Below, in pieces: positions 10,704 to 20,692 of a stretch of DNA of 64,000 nt. The notes below the pieces were generated by a model that saw only the letters and a list, made by a program, of their open reading frames with translations, did not search any database and was not told the origin of the DNA. Within the stretch, counting starts at the first letter, position 1. The number at the start of each line of letters is the position of its first letter. The DNA comes from Thermoanaerobaculia bacterium (GTDB lineage Bacteria > Acidobacteriota > Thermoanaerobaculia > Multivoradales > Multivoraceae): the NCBI GenBank assembly GCA_963666565.1, contig OY762911.1, forward strand, positions 3,104,001 to 3,168,000, written 5' to 3'. A program made the translations under genes and the position numbers.

Positions 10704-12257
10704 GTGGGCGGCAGCGAGGCTGACCTGGACGGAAACCTTGGACCCCGGGGCACGCCAGCCGACGGCTGCGTGGCCGGGGGAGGACGTGGCATTCTGGGCC
10801 TGAGTGGCCTGACGCCGGCTCTTCTCGCGCTGGCCTTCGGCGCGCCGCTCGCCGCCGACGATCCGAACCCGACCCGCAACCGCGTGGCGGCGGCCGCGGA
10901 CCTCCCGGTGACCTGGGACGTTGCCGCCGGCGACGGCGTGCTGTGGTCCGCCGAACTCGGCACGACGACCTACGGCGGGCCGACGATCGCTGGCGACCTC
11001 GTCGTCGTCGGCACGAACAACGAGCGCCCGCGCGACCCGGCCGCGACCGGCGACCGCGGCATCCTGATGGCCTTCGACCGGCGCGACGGCGGCTTCCGCT
11101 GGCAGATCGCCCACGAGAAACTGGCGGTCGGCGAGGTGAACGACTGGCCGCTCCAGGGCGTTTGCTCCACGCCGTCCTTCGACGGCGAGCGCCTCTACTA
11201 CGTCTCGAACCGTGCCGAACTGGTGGCCGTCGACCTGGCCGGCGAGACGGTCTGGTCGCTCGACATGATCGCCGAGTGGGGCGTGTTTCCGAAGCACATG
11301 GCGGCTTCCACGCCGCTGGCCGCGGGCGGACTCGTGTTCGCGTCGACCAGCAACGGCGTGACCGACGACGGACGGATTCCGGCCCCGGCCGCGCCGAGCT
11401 TTGTCGCGGTGGACCGCGCCACGGGCGCGCCGGTCTGGACCGACGCCGGCCCCGGCGCCGGCCTGATCGACGGCCAGTGGGGAAGTCCGGCCCTGGCGGC
11501 TGCCGGCGGCGCCGCCGGCCAATCGGCAAACCGGGGGCAGGTCGTCTTCCCGGGCGGCGACGGCCGCCTGTACGCGTTCGATCCGGCGACGGGCGAGTCT
11601 CTGTGGCGCTTCGACGGCAACGCGGCCGCTGCCGGTCAGGGTGGGGAAGCTGGCCGCAGTCGGAGCTTCACTTCGCCGCCTGCGGCGGCAGCGGGTCGGA
11701 AGACCCGCGCACCCAGCGACGCTGCCGTGCCGACCGCCCGTGCCGACCGCGCCGAGTCCGGCCACGCCTTCGTCGCCACGCCGGTGCTGCACGAGGACAC
11801 CGTCTACATCGCGATGGGCCGCGACCCGGAGGTCTCCATCCGGCCCGGCGTCCTCTGGGCCATCGACGCCGGCAGCCGCGGCGCCGCCGCCTCGAGCCGC
11901 GTCCGGTGGCGCTTCGAGGACCCGGACTTCGGCCGCGCCATCGCCACCGTCGCGGTCGCCGGCGGCATCGTCTACGCCGCGGACCTGAACGGCTTCCTGT
12001 TCGCTCTCGATGCGGACACCGGCGAGAAGTTGTGGGTCTACGATGCCCTGGCGCCGTTCTGGAGTTCGCCCCTGGTCGCGGACGGGAAGGTCTACGCCGC
12101 CGACACGGAGGGCGACGTGACAGTGCTCCGGCACGGCCGGACGCTCGACGTGCTGGCCGAGAACGTCATGCCGGGACCGGTCTACGCCTCGCCCTCGACC
12201 GACGGCGCCGCGCTGTACGTCGCCACCAGCGAGACGCTCTACGCGCTGGGCCTTTGA
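10704..12257 (+). CDS. Secreted PQQ-like beta-propeller repeat protein 1 (start uncertain; contains an in-frame REP insertion)
   Basis: Repeated Trp-docking motifs (LYAFDPATGESLWRF, LFALDADTGEKLW). Paralog of the next gene (shared VNDWPLQG.CSTP). Confidence 0.8.
   Translation: MGGSEADLDGNLGPRGTPADGCVAGGGRGILGLSGLTPALLALAFGAPLAADDPNPTRNRVAAAADLPVTWDVAAGDGVLWSAELGTTTYGGPTIAGDLVVVGTNNERPRDPAATGDRGILMAFDRRDGGFRWQIAHEKLAVGEVNDWPLQGVCSTPSFDGERLYYVSNRAELVAVDLAGETVWSLDMIAEWGVFPKHMAASTPLAAGGLVFASTSNGVTDDGRIPAPAAPSFVAVDRATGAPVWTDAGPGAGLIDGQWGSPALAAAGGAAGQSANRGQVVFPGGDGRLYAFDPATGESLWRFDGNAAAAGQGGEAGRSRSFTSPPAAAAGRKTRAPSDAAVPTARADRAESGHAFVATPVLHEDTVYIAMGRDPEVSIRPGVLWAIDAGSRGAAASSRVRWRFEDPDFGRAIATVAVAGGIVYAADLNGFLFALDADTGEKLWVYDALAPFWSSPLVADGKVYAADTEGDVTVLRHGRTLDVLAENVMPGPVYASPSTDGAALYVATSETLYALGL
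11675..11716. repeat. REP-like palindrome with companion hairpin, inside a CDS
   Basis: GCCGCCTGCGGCGGC followed by GCGGGTCGGAAGACCCGCGCACCCAG. Confidence 0.85.
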
Positions 12258-12373
12258 TACCGTTGCCGCCCTTCGGCGGCGGGACCGCGGCGGCCGGCCG
12301 TCGCGAACGGCCCCGCCAAGCGCTTCGCCGCCGGCATTCCCACACGCTCATTCGACCAACGGACTGGATCACC

Positions 12374-13813
12374 ATGACGTCTCGACTCTCTCCGCTCACG
12401 GCGCTCCTCCTCGCAGCCGTCGCCTCGGCGCCGCTCGCGGCGGCGGATCCCGAACCGCCGGCCATGTTCGGCAACACGCCGGCCCGCAACATGGTGTCGA
12501 GCGCGACGAACCTGCCGACCGCCTGGGACGTGAGATCCGGAGAGAACGTCCTCTGGCGGGCCAAGGTCGGCTCCCAGACCTATGCCGGCCCGGTGGTTCA
12601 CGGCGGCCGGGTCTACGCCGGAACGAACAACGAGGGGCTGCGCCGGCCCGGCATCGAGGGCGACAAGGGCGTCCTCGTCGCGCTGGACAAGGAGACCGGC
12701 CAGCTCCTCTGGCAGGCCACCCACGACAAGCTCGGCGCCGGCCGGGTCAACGACTGGCCGCTCCAGGGCATCTGCTCGACGCCCTACGTCGAGGACGAGC
12801 GCGTCTACTACGTATCCAACCGGGCGACGGTCGTCGCCGCCGACGTGGACGGCTTCCGGGACGGCGTGAACGACGGGATGACGGACGAGCAGTACCGGGA
12901 GGAGCTCGACGCGGACATCGTGTGGGAGTACGACATGATCGGCGAACTCGACGTGTTCCCGCACAACCTGGCCGCCGGGTCGCCCCTGGTCGTCGGCGAC
13001 CTCCTGTTCACGGTCACCGGCGCCGGCGTCGACGAGGGGCACATCAACCTGCCCTCGCCGGCCTCCCCGGCCTTCATCGCGCTCGACAAGAACACCGGCG
13101 AGCTGGTCTGGGAGAGCATCGACAGCAGCGACGCCGTCCTGCACGGCTCCTGGTCGAACCCGGGCTACGGCGTGATCGACGGCCAGCCCCAGATCGCCTT
13201 CCCGGGCGGCGACGGCTGGCTCTACACCTACGAGCCGGCGACCGGCAATTTGCTGTGGAAGTTCGATCTGAACCCCAAGGACTCGATCTGGGAACTCGGC
13301 GGCGCCGGCACCCGCAACAACATCATCTCGACGCCGGTCTTCTACAACAACCGCTTCTACCTCGGCGTCGGCCAGGATCCGGAGCACGGCGAGGGTCCGG
13401 GCCACCTCTACGCCATCGACGCGAACGTCGAGGGAGACGCGACCGGCAGCGCCGCCCTCTGGCACTTCGGCAACGAGGACTTCAACCGGACGATCTCGAC
13501 CGCTGCGATCGCCGACGGCCTGCTCTACATCCCTGATCTGAGCGGCTTCCTCTACGTGCTGGACGTCGAGACCGGAGAGCATCTCTGGACCCACGACACC
13601 TTCGCCGCCGTCTGGGGTTCGGCCTTCGTTGCGGACGGCAAGGTCTACCTCGGCGACGAGGACGGCGACATCGTCGTGCTGGAACACGGTCGCGAGGAGA
13701 AGGTCATCGCCGAGCACAACATGGGCTCGGCCGTGTACACGACGCCGGTCGCGGAGGACGGGAGAATCTACGTGGCGACCCGTTCGGACGTGTTCGCCAT
13801 CGGTTCGGACTGA
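12374..13813 (+). CDS. Secreted PQQ-like beta-propeller repeat protein 2
   Basis: Signal peptide MTSRLSPLTALLLAAVASAPLAA; repeats LVALDKETGQLLW, FIALDKNTGELVW, LYVLDVETGEHLW. Confidence 0.88.
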   Translation: MTSRLSPLTALLLAAVASAPLAAADPEPPAMFGNTPARNMVSSATNLPTAWDVRSGENVLWRAKVGSQTYAGPVVHGGRVYAGTNNEGLRRPGIEGDKGVLVALDKETGQLLWQATHDKLGAGRVNDWPLQGICSTPYVEDERVYYVSNRATVVAADVDGFRDGVNDGMTDEQYREELDADIVWEYDMIGELDVFPHNLAAGSPLVVGDLLFTVTGAGVDEGHINLPSPASPAFIALDKNTGELVWESIDSSDAVLHGSWSNPGYGVIDGQPQIAFPGGDGWLYTYEPATGNLLWKFDLNPKDSIWELGGAGTRNNIISTPVFYNNRFYLGVGQDPEHGEGPGHLYAIDANVEGDATGSAALWHFGNEDFNRTISTAAIADGLLYIPDLSGFLYVLDVETGEHLWTHDTFAAVWGSAFVADGKVYLGDEDGDIVVLEHGREEKVIAEHNMGSAVYTTPVAEDGRIYVATRSDVFAIGSD

Positions 13814-13901
13814 GAGGCGCTCCGAGCCACCGGTTGGCTGTGGAACTCGCGCGAGCAGCCTGCGGCCGGGATCCGGTTGCGCCGGAGAGGCCGGGCGCTC
13901 G

Positions 13902-15272
13902 ATGAGCCAGGCAGGAGGCGTCGCGACGGCCGTGGGCATCAAGAGAGGTCAGCGTCCGCTCCCGGCGGAGGACTCCTGGAGCGTGGACACCGCGCCGGGC
14001 CGCGTTCTGTTCGGCGCCGGGGTGATCGACCGCCTCGGCGAACTCGTCCGGGAGCGGGGCGGGGGCCGCGTCCTCGTGGTGACGGATCCCGGCATCGTCG
14101 CCTCGGGTCACGCCGACCGGGCCGCGGAGTCGCTGCGGAGCGCGGGTCTCGAGGTCGCCGTCTTCGACGCCGTCGAGGAGAACCCGGGCGAGCGTCATGT
14201 AGCGGCCGCCGCTGCCGCCGCCGCGGAGCACCGGGCCGGCTTTCTCGTCGGCCTCGGCGGCGGTTCCGCGATGGACTGCGCCAAGGGCGCCAACTTCGTG
14301 TTCACCAACGGCGGCCGGATGGAGGACTACTGGGGCTTCGGCAAGGCCTCGAAGCCGATGCTGCCGTCGGTCGGCGTTCCGTGTACCGCCGGCACCGGCA
14401 GCGAGTCCCAGTCGTTCGCCGTCATCTCGCGGGAAGACGACCACCGCAAGATGGCCTGTGGCGACCCGAAAGCCCGGTTCGCGGCCACGCTGCTCGATCC
14501 GGAGCTCGTGCGGACGGCGCCGCCCGAGGTCATGGCCGCGACCGGCCTGGACGCCCTGTCGCACGCGCTCGAGAGCTTCGTCTGCACCGCGGCCAACCCG
14601 TACGCCCGGATGTTCGCGTCGGAGGGCTTCGCGCGGCTGCTGCGGGGGTTCGAGGCGGTGGTCGAGGCGCAGCCGGGCGGCGGTGCTTCCGGCGAAGAGG
14701 CCGCCAGGCGGGAAGCCGGCGCCGGCAGCGAAGCAACCGAGGCCGGCAACGGAGCAGCCGGGGCCGCCAGCGGAGAAGCCGAGACCGGAGGTGACTCGGC
14801 CGGCGCCGGTGGCGGAGAAGCCAAGGCCGGCTCGACCGAACTCTGGGGCGAGATGCTGCTCGGCGCCCACTTCGCCGGGGCCGCCATCGAGGCGTCCATG
14901 CTCGGCGCCGCCCACGGGCTGGCCAATCCGCTCACCGCTCGCTACGACATCACTCATGGCGTGGCGGTGGCCGTCATGCTCGACCACGTCGTGCGGTTCA
15001 ACGGCGCGGCCGCCGGCGCCGCCTACGGCGACCTTGCGCGGCTTGCCTTCGCCGGCTCGGCGGACAACGGCGGCGCCGCCGAGCGGCTGGCCGGGCTGTG
15101 GGCTGGCCTGCGGGACCGCGCGGGCGTCGCGGCCAGATTGCGCGACCTGGACGTCCGGGAGGCCGAACTCCAGCTTCTGGCGTCGCAGGCGGCCGAGCAG
15201 TGGACGGCACAGTTCAACCCGCGGGCGGCCTCCCCCTCCGATATGCTGGCGCTCTATCGGGCGGCGTTCTGA
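13902..15272 (+). CDS. Iron-containing alcohol dehydrogenase family protein
   Basis: GLGGGSAMDCAK, PCTAGTGSE, DALSHALES, LGAAHGLAN, HGVAVA (Fe ligands). Low-complexity insert at about 14670-14835. Confidence 0.88.
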   Translation: MSQAGGVATAVGIKRGQRPLPAEDSWSVDTAPGRVLFGAGVIDRLGELVRERGGGRVLVVTDPGIVASGHADRAAESLRSAGLEVAVFDAVEENPGERHVAAAAAAAAEHRAGFLVGLGGGSAMDCAKGANFVFTNGGRMEDYWGFGKASKPMLPSVGVPCTAGTGSESQSFAVISREDDHRKMACGDPKARFAATLLDPELVRTAPPEVMAATGLDALSHALESFVCTAANPYARMFASEGFARLLRGFEAVVEAQPGGGASGEEAARREAGAGSEATEAGNGAAGAASGEAETGGDSAGAGGGEAKAGSTELWGEMLLGAHFAGAAIEASMLGAAHGLANPLTARYDITHGVAVAVMLDHVVRFNGAAAGAAYGDLARLAFAGSADNGGAAERLAGLWAGLRDRAGVAARLRDLDVREAELQLLASQAAEQWTAQFNPRAASPSDMLALYRAAF

Positions 15273-15329
15273 GGCCGCCCCGGCCCCGCGAAGACACCCC
15301 TCGACCGGAAGATCAGCCGAGACCCTGCC

Positions 15330-16616
15330 GTGCCGGAGAGTCGAACCCCAGGGAAGCGCGCTGTCCGGCGCCGTCCGCACGGGCAGGGGACGGTCCTGGC
15401 CGCGGCGCTGGCCGGTCTGTTCGGCCTGCCGATCCTGCTCGGCTCGGCCTTTCTCTCCGGCGCCGGGTTCGTGCCCGGCTCGGCAGTCCTTCCCGGCGCC
15501 GACGCCGGGGCGGACGACGCCGAAGACCGGCAGGCGCCCGCGGCCGGTTCTCTCTTCCGGCCCTCCGCCGATTCCTGGCCGGTCTTTCGGGGCAACCTGC
15601 TCGGCACCGGCGTCGCCGGCACCACGTTGCCGGACGATCCGAAACTGCTGTGGACCTTCGACACGGAGAGCGAGATCGAGGGCACGGCGGCGATCGTGGG
15701 CGGCGTCGTTTACTTCGGCGACTTCGAGGGCCGCGTCTACGCCCTGACCCTGGCCGGGGGCAGGGAGCTTTGGCGCTTCGAGGCCGGCACGCCGATCAAG
15801 GCGCCGGTATCCGTCTTCGACGGCGTCGTCTACGTCGGCGACGAGTACGGCTTCGTCTACGCGCTGGACGCCGCCACCGGGGAGCAGCAGTGGAGGTTCG
15901 AGACGCTGGGCGAGATCTACGCCGGCGTTTCTCTCTACGAGTCGCCCGAGGGAGGGAACCGCCTGCTCGTGGGCTCCTACGACAACTCGCTCTACTGCCT
16001 GGACCGGGCCAGCGGCGAGAAGGTGTGGCAGGTCGAGACGGAGGGCTACGTCCACGGGACGCCGGCGATCGCCGGCGGGCTGACCACCGTGTCCGGCTGC
16101 GACGGCTTCCTGTGGCTGATCGACATCGAGTCGGGCGAGACGGTCCAGAAGATCAACCTGCACGGGCAGGCCGCGTCGAGCCCGGCGGTGGTGGGGAGCA
16201 TGGCCTACGTGGCCACCTACGAGAACGAAGTCCTCGCGATCGACCTCGAGAAGCGCGAGGTCGCCTGGGCCTACGAGCACGAGGTGCGCAAGTTCCCCTT
16301 CTACGCCTCGGCGGCGGCGGACGACGAGATCGTCGTCATCGGCGGGCGGGACAAGATCGTCCACGCCCTCGATCCCCGAACCGGCGAGCGGCAGTGGGAG
16401 TGGAACAGCGGCGCGCGGCTCGACTCCTCGCCGGTCATCGTGGGCGACCGGATCTTCCTGGGCTCGAATCGCGGCCCCGTCCTTGCCCTCGACAAGGCGA
16501 CGGGCGAGCCGGTGTGGGAGTTCGACACCGGCTCGGCGATCGTGGCCTCGCCCGCCGTGGCCGCGGAGCGCCTCGTCATCGGCAGCCTCGACGGCACTCT
16601 GTACTGCTTCGGTTGA
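15330..16616 (+). CDS. PQQ-like beta-propeller repeat protein 3 (BamB-like)
   Basis: WPVFRGN N-terminal motif; about 8 repeats of the type VYALDAATGEQQWRF; start uncertain. Confidence 0.85.
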   Translation: MPESRTPGKRAVRRRPHGQGTVLAAALAGLFGLPILLGSAFLSGAGFVPGSAVLPGADAGADDAEDRQAPAAGSLFRPSADSWPVFRGNLLGTGVAGTTLPDDPKLLWTFDTESEIEGTAAIVGGVVYFGDFEGRVYALTLAGGRELWRFEAGTPIKAPVSVFDGVVYVGDEYGFVYALDAATGEQQWRFETLGEIYAGVSLYESPEGGNRLLVGSYDNSLYCLDRASGEKVWQVETEGYVHGTPAIAGGLTTVSGCDGFLWLIDIESGETVQKINLHGQAASSPAVVGSMAYVATYENEVLAIDLEKREVAWAYEHEVRKFPFYASAAADDEIVVIGGRDKIVHALDPRTGERQWEWNSGARLDSSPVIVGDRIFLGSNRGPVLALDKATGEPVWEFDTGSAIVASPAVAAERLVIGSLDGTLYCFG

Positions 16617-16633
16617 GGGAGGGGTCGCTGGAG

Positions 16634-18019
16634 ATGAAGGGCGAAGCGCCGGAAGCCACGGGAACCGGGGCCGGCGAGCCGGCGTCGGTCCGGGCCGAGC
16701 CGGCGACCGGTCTGCTCGACCTCGAAGCGACGGACATCGGCTCCGTCTTCGTCTCGAACTACCCGCCGTACTCGGCCTGGAACGAGGCGGCGGTGGCGGA
16801 CGCGATGGCGGCCCTCGACCGCGAGCCGGCGCCGGACACGTCGCTCGGCCTCTACATCCACATCCCGTTCTGCCGCAAGCGCTGCAAGTTCTGCTACTTC
16901 CGCGTCTACATCGACAAGAACCACGAACAGATCGGCCGCTACCTGGACGCCCTGGGCGCCGAGATCGAGCGCTACGCCGAGCGGGAGGCGGTCCGGGGCC
17001 GCGGCCTCGACTTCGTCTACTTCGGGGGCGGCACGCCGTCCTACATCGCCGCCAAGCAGTTGATTCCGCTGGCCGAGAGGCTGCAGGGCGTGATCCCGTG
17101 GAGTACGGCGGAGGAGGTCGCCTTCGAGTGCGAACCAGGGACGCTGACGCGGTCCAAGCTGGAGGCGATCCGGAGCATCGGCGTCACCCGGCTGAGCCTC
17201 GGCGTGGAGAACTTCGACGACGAGATCCTTCAGGAGAACGGCCGCGCGCACGTCTCGAAAGAGATCTACCGGGTGCGCGACTGGATCCGGGAACAGGACT
17301 TCCGGCAACTGAACGTGGACCTGATCGCCGGGATGGTCGGCGAGACGTGGGAGAGCTGGAAGCGGACGGTCGAGCTGACGATCGACTACGACCCGGACTC
17401 GATCACGCTCTACCAGATGGAGCTTCCGTTCAACACGGTGTACTCGAAGGCGCGGCTGCGCGGCGACGAGGACGTGCCGCCGTTCGCCGACTGGCGCACG
17501 AAGCGCGAATGGCACGCCTACGCCTTCGAGCAGTTCGAGCGAGCCGGCTTCGAGCGCTGGAGCGCCTACACGATGATGCGCCGCGACCGCGGCTGCAAGT
17601 TCGTCTACGCCCGCGAGGTCTGGAGCGGCGCCGACATGATCCCGATCGGGGTCTCTTCGTTCGGCCACATCGGCGGCGTCCACATGCAGAACCACGACCG
17701 CTGGGACGGCTACCTGGCGGCGGTCGACGCCGGCGGCCTGGCGACCCGGCGGGCGCTGGCGACCTCGTCGCGCGAGCGGCTGACGCGGGAGGTCATCCTG
17801 CAGCTCAAGAAGGGATGGCTGGAGCGCGCCGCGTTCGAGCGGAAGTTCGGCGTCGACGTCGTTGCCGACTACGCCGATGCCTTCGGCAGCCTCGCCGAGC
17901 AGGGTCTCGCGGAGATCGGCGCGGAGCGGGTCGAACTCAGCGAGGGCGGGCTGTTGCGGGTGGACCAGTTGCTGCCGCGGTTCTACGACGAGCGGTACCG
18001 CGGCGCCCGCTACACATAG
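16634..18019 (+). CDS. HemN-like (coproporphyrinogen III oxidase family / class C) radical SAM enzyme
   Basis: LYIHIPFCRKRCKFCYF (CxxxCxxC), YFGGGTPS, RLSLGVE, NVDLIAG, GVSSFGH; GGAG RBS. Confidence 0.9.
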   Translation: MKGEAPEATGTGAGEPASVRAEPATGLLDLEATDIGSVFVSNYPPYSAWNEAAVADAMAALDREPAPDTSLGLYIHIPFCRKRCKFCYFRVYIDKNHEQIGRYLDALGAEIERYAEREAVRGRGLDFVYFGGGTPSYIAAKQLIPLAERLQGVIPWSTAEEVAFECEPGTLTRSKLEAIRSIGVTRLSLGVENFDDEILQENGRAHVSKEIYRVRDWIREQDFRQLNVDLIAGMVGETWESWKRTVELTIDYDPDSITLYQMELPFNTVYSKARLRGDEDVPPFADWRTKREWHAYAFEQFERAGFERWSAYTMMRRDRGCKFVYAREVWSGADMIPIGVSSFGHIGGVHMQNHDRWDGYLAAVDAGGLATRRALATSSRERLTREVILQLKKGWLERAAFERKFGVDVVADYADAFGSLAEQGLAEIGAERVELSEGGLLRVDQLLPRFYDERYRGARYT

Positions 18020-18072
18020 CAACGGACGCCGGCCTCACGGCCGGCGCGACCTTCTGGCCGCCTTCGACGCAG

Positions 18073-18098
18073 GCGGGTCAGAAGACCCGCGTACCCAG
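18073..18098. repeat. REP-like palindrome between convergent genes
   Basis: GCGGGTCAGAAGACCCGCGTACCCAG. Confidence 0.85.
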
Positions 18099-18117
18099 CT
18101 CCGACGCACCCGGTGGG

Positions 18118-20517
18118 TCAGAAGTCGAAGCCGAGCTGCAGGCCGACCTCCGCGGGCGGCGCCCAGATGGCGAGCGATCCGGTGTAGTTCACGAAGAACT
18201 GGCTGAGCCGGTACTCCTCGTCGCCGAGATTGCGCCCGTAGGCGGCCACGAACACGCGGCCCTGGGCCGAGGTCCAGCGCAACTGGGCGTGGAACAGGCT
18301 GTAGGAGGGCTGGACGAAGCGCTCGAACGAGTCGAAGGCGACGTCGTCCGTGTACTGGTACTCGCCGCGGGCCATCAGCGAGCCGCTGCCGCCGAGGTCG
18401 AACGTGTACTGGACCGACGCCGTCGCCGAAAGATCGGGCGCCCGCGGCAGGCCGTTGCCGGACAAGTCGGTGGGCGGGATCGGCAGCGAGCCGCCGCCGC
18501 CCTGCAGCACCTGGGCCGGATCGATCAGGCCCGCGGCCAGCAACCCCTCCACGAACTCGGCCTGGAGCACCGGATCGAGCGTCGTGAACTCGGTGAACTC
18601 GTCGTCCAGCAACTCAAGCGACAGGTCGAAGGAGAACTGCCGGTTCGGCCGCGCCGAGAGCTCGAAGTCGAGCCCCCGGATCCGGGCGTTGGCGGCGTTC
18701 TCGACCACCGAACGATCGGGATAGAGCACCGCCACCTGCAGGTCGTCGTAGTCGTAGTGGAAGGCGGCGGCGTTGATCCGCACCTTGCGGTCGGCGAGGG
18801 AGGACTTGACGCCGATCTCGAAGCTGGTCACCGTCTCTTCGTCGAAGGCCGGCTGCAGCGAGATCGAGTTGTAGCCGCCGCTCTTGTAGCCGGCGGTCGC
18901 CGCGCCGTAGAACATCACGCTGTCCGACGGGCGGTACTCGAGGCCCAGCTTCGGCGTCAGCGCGCTCCAACTGTCGCTCAGCATCTGCTCATCCGGGATG
19001 AAGGTCTCGAAGTTCAACGCGGCCTGGTCGTGGTCCTTCTCGTCGGCGGTGTAGCGCAGGCCGGTGGTCAGGGTGACGCGGTCGCTCAGCAGCCAGTCGA
19101 CCTGGCCGTAGGCGGCGTAGAGCGAACTGTCGAGGTTCGTCTCGAACGGCAGGGAGGTGGTGGTTCCCGGCAGCGGCAGGCCGATGAAGGGCGCCACGGC
19201 GTTGTAGTAGTTCGGCCCGCACAGGAACGACGGCGCCAGGAAGCCGAGCGAACAGAAGTTCGTCGGGTCGAACAGGAACGTCTGCGGACTGTTCGCGAAC
19301 AGCCAGACGCCGAGCATCGCGGTGTCCGTGACGTTGTCGATCTTCGTCCGGCTCTCCTCGCCGAAGGCGTACGCCCCGGCGACCCAGTTGGCGCGCTGGT
19401 TGGCGCCGTGAAGCTGGAACTCCTGCGACCACCACTGGGACGCGTAGACGCCGGCGTTGACGACGAAGGGGTTGGGCGAGGCGTCGATGTCCGTCACCCG
19501 GCTCGAATCGAACTCGCGCCAACTGCTGATCGAGGTGAAGCTCGCGCCGCTCGCCATCGCCTTGTTCACGTGCAGCGAGAAGCCGGACTCTTCGTATGGA
19601 GACGACGGAGGGGTGTCCGCCGTGACCTTGTGGACGTCGTCGGGATCGGCGTAGCCGTAGAAGCGGTTCAGGGTTCCCACCGTGCTGTAGGGGGACGAGT
19701 GGAGCTGCTTGAACGAGAAGTTGGCGTGGGCGTCGTCGTCCGTGCTGTCGGCCCGGACGGTGAACGTGAGCGAGTCGGAAGGCAGGAAAGTGAGCGAGCC
19801 CCGGAGCGTGACGCCGTCGAAGTTGTCGGCGCTCTGGCCCAGGAAGTCGTTGTACGTCGGGTCGCCGACCTGGGCCGAGACGCCGGTGAAGCGGCCCAGC
19901 ACCTTGCTCGAGACCGGGCCGGTGAGCGACATGCCGTAGCGGCGGCCTTCCGCCGACTCGCTCGAGTCGAACTCGGAGAACGAGGTGAAAACGCGCCCGC
20001 GGAACTGGCCCTCCGGCGCCCGGGTGACGACGTTCACCGCGCCGGCGGTCGAGTTCCGGCCCCACAGCGTGCCCTGGGGGCCGCGCAGGATCTCGATCCT
20101 CTCCAGGTCGAGGAAGGGGTTGACCGCCGCCTGCGGTCGCGGCATGTAGACGCCGTCCACGTAGTAGCCGACCGTCGGCTCGCTGCCGATGCCGAGCGTC
20201 GCCGACCCGATGCCGCGAATGTAGATGGCGACTTCGCCGGTGGTCGGGCTCTGGCCCGAGATGACGACGCCGGGCGAGGCCTCGGCCAGGGCCTGCACGT
20301 CGCCGATCGCCTGTCGTTCGAGCTCCTCGCCCGAACGGGTGACGATCGAGATCGGGACGTCCTGGATCGCCTCCTCGACGCGCTGCGCGGTGACGGTGAT
20401 CTCGTCGGCGACGATGGACTCCGGGTCGTCCGGGTCCTGGGCCGTCGCGGCGCCGCCGGCGAGAAGGGCCGGCAGCAGGAAGAGGAAGGTCGTCGGAAGG
20501 GCGAAGTTCGAGCGCAT
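18118..20517 (-). CDS. TonB-dependent receptor
   Basis: Signal peptide, TonB-box-like EITVTAQR, plug motif ERIEILRGPQGTLWGRN, C-terminal Phe (LGFDF). Confidence 0.93.
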   Translation of the reverse strand: MRSNFALPTTFLFLLPALLAGGAATAQDPDDPESIVADEITVTAQRVEEAIQDVPISIVTRSGEELERQAIGDVQALAEASPGVVISGQSPTTGEVAIYIRGIGSATLGIGSEPTVGYYVDGVYMPRPQAAVNPFLDLERIEILRGPQGTLWGRNSTAGAVNVVTRAPEGQFRGRVFTSFSEFDSSESAEGRRYGMSLTGPVSSKVLGRFTGVSAQVGDPTYNDFLGQSADNFDGVTLRGSLTFLPSDSLTFTVRADSTDDDAHANFSFKQLHSSPYSTVGTLNRFYGYADPDDVHKVTADTPPSSPYEESGFSLHVNKAMASGASFTSISSWREFDSSRVTDIDASPNPFVVNAGVYASQWWSQEFQLHGANQRANWVAGAYAFGEESRTKIDNVTDTAMLGVWLFANSPQTFLFDPTNFCSLGFLAPSFLCGPNYYNAVAPFIGLPLPGTTTSLPFETNLDSSLYAAYGQVDWLLSDRVTLTTGLRYTADEKDHDQAALNFETFIPDEQMLSDSWSALTPKLGLEYRPSDSVMFYGAATAGYKSGGYNSISLQPAFDEETVTSFEIGVKSSLADRKVRINAAAFHYDYDDLQVAVLYPDRSVVENAANARIRGLDFELSARPNRQFSFDLSLELLDDEFTEFTTLDPVLQAEFVEGLLAAGLIDPAQVLQGGGGSLPIPPTDLSGNGLPRAPDLSATASVQYTFDLGGSGSLMARGEYQYTDDVAFDSFERFVQPSYSLFHAQLRWTSAQGRVFVAAYGRNLGDEEYRLSQFFVNYTGSLAIWAPPAEVGLQLGFDF

Positions 20518-20692
20518 CGGCAGGTACCTCTCGTGACTGGAAGGTGGGCGCGACGGGCGACTGGAAGAACTCGCCGCGCGCGCAGCGGCGGCAGGCTACA
20601 ACAAACGGGACTACGTGCCGAAGGCGGTTCGGGTTGCCCGTGCGGCGGTTCGCCGGTGGCCGCCGCCGATGCTCTGCCGTAGACTCCCCGCC

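Noticed and set aside
10704-16616. Calling the propeller proteins PQQ-dependent dehydrogenases or bamB
   Set aside because: Only generic Trp-docking repeats are visible; no quinoprotein catalytic motifs recognised and no bam/der gene context.
16634-18019. Assigning gene symbol hemN/hemW
   Set aside because: Family motifs only; the context is not heme biosynthesis, so the function is unresolved.
16483-20682. Very long alternative-frame ORFs (e.g. 1399 aa here, 1591 aa at 27932-32707, 1329 aa at 41540-45529, 1056 aa at 847-4017)
   Set aside because: These are shadow ORFs typical of high-GC DNA: Arg/Gly/Pro-rich, without motifs, and overlapping well-supported genes.
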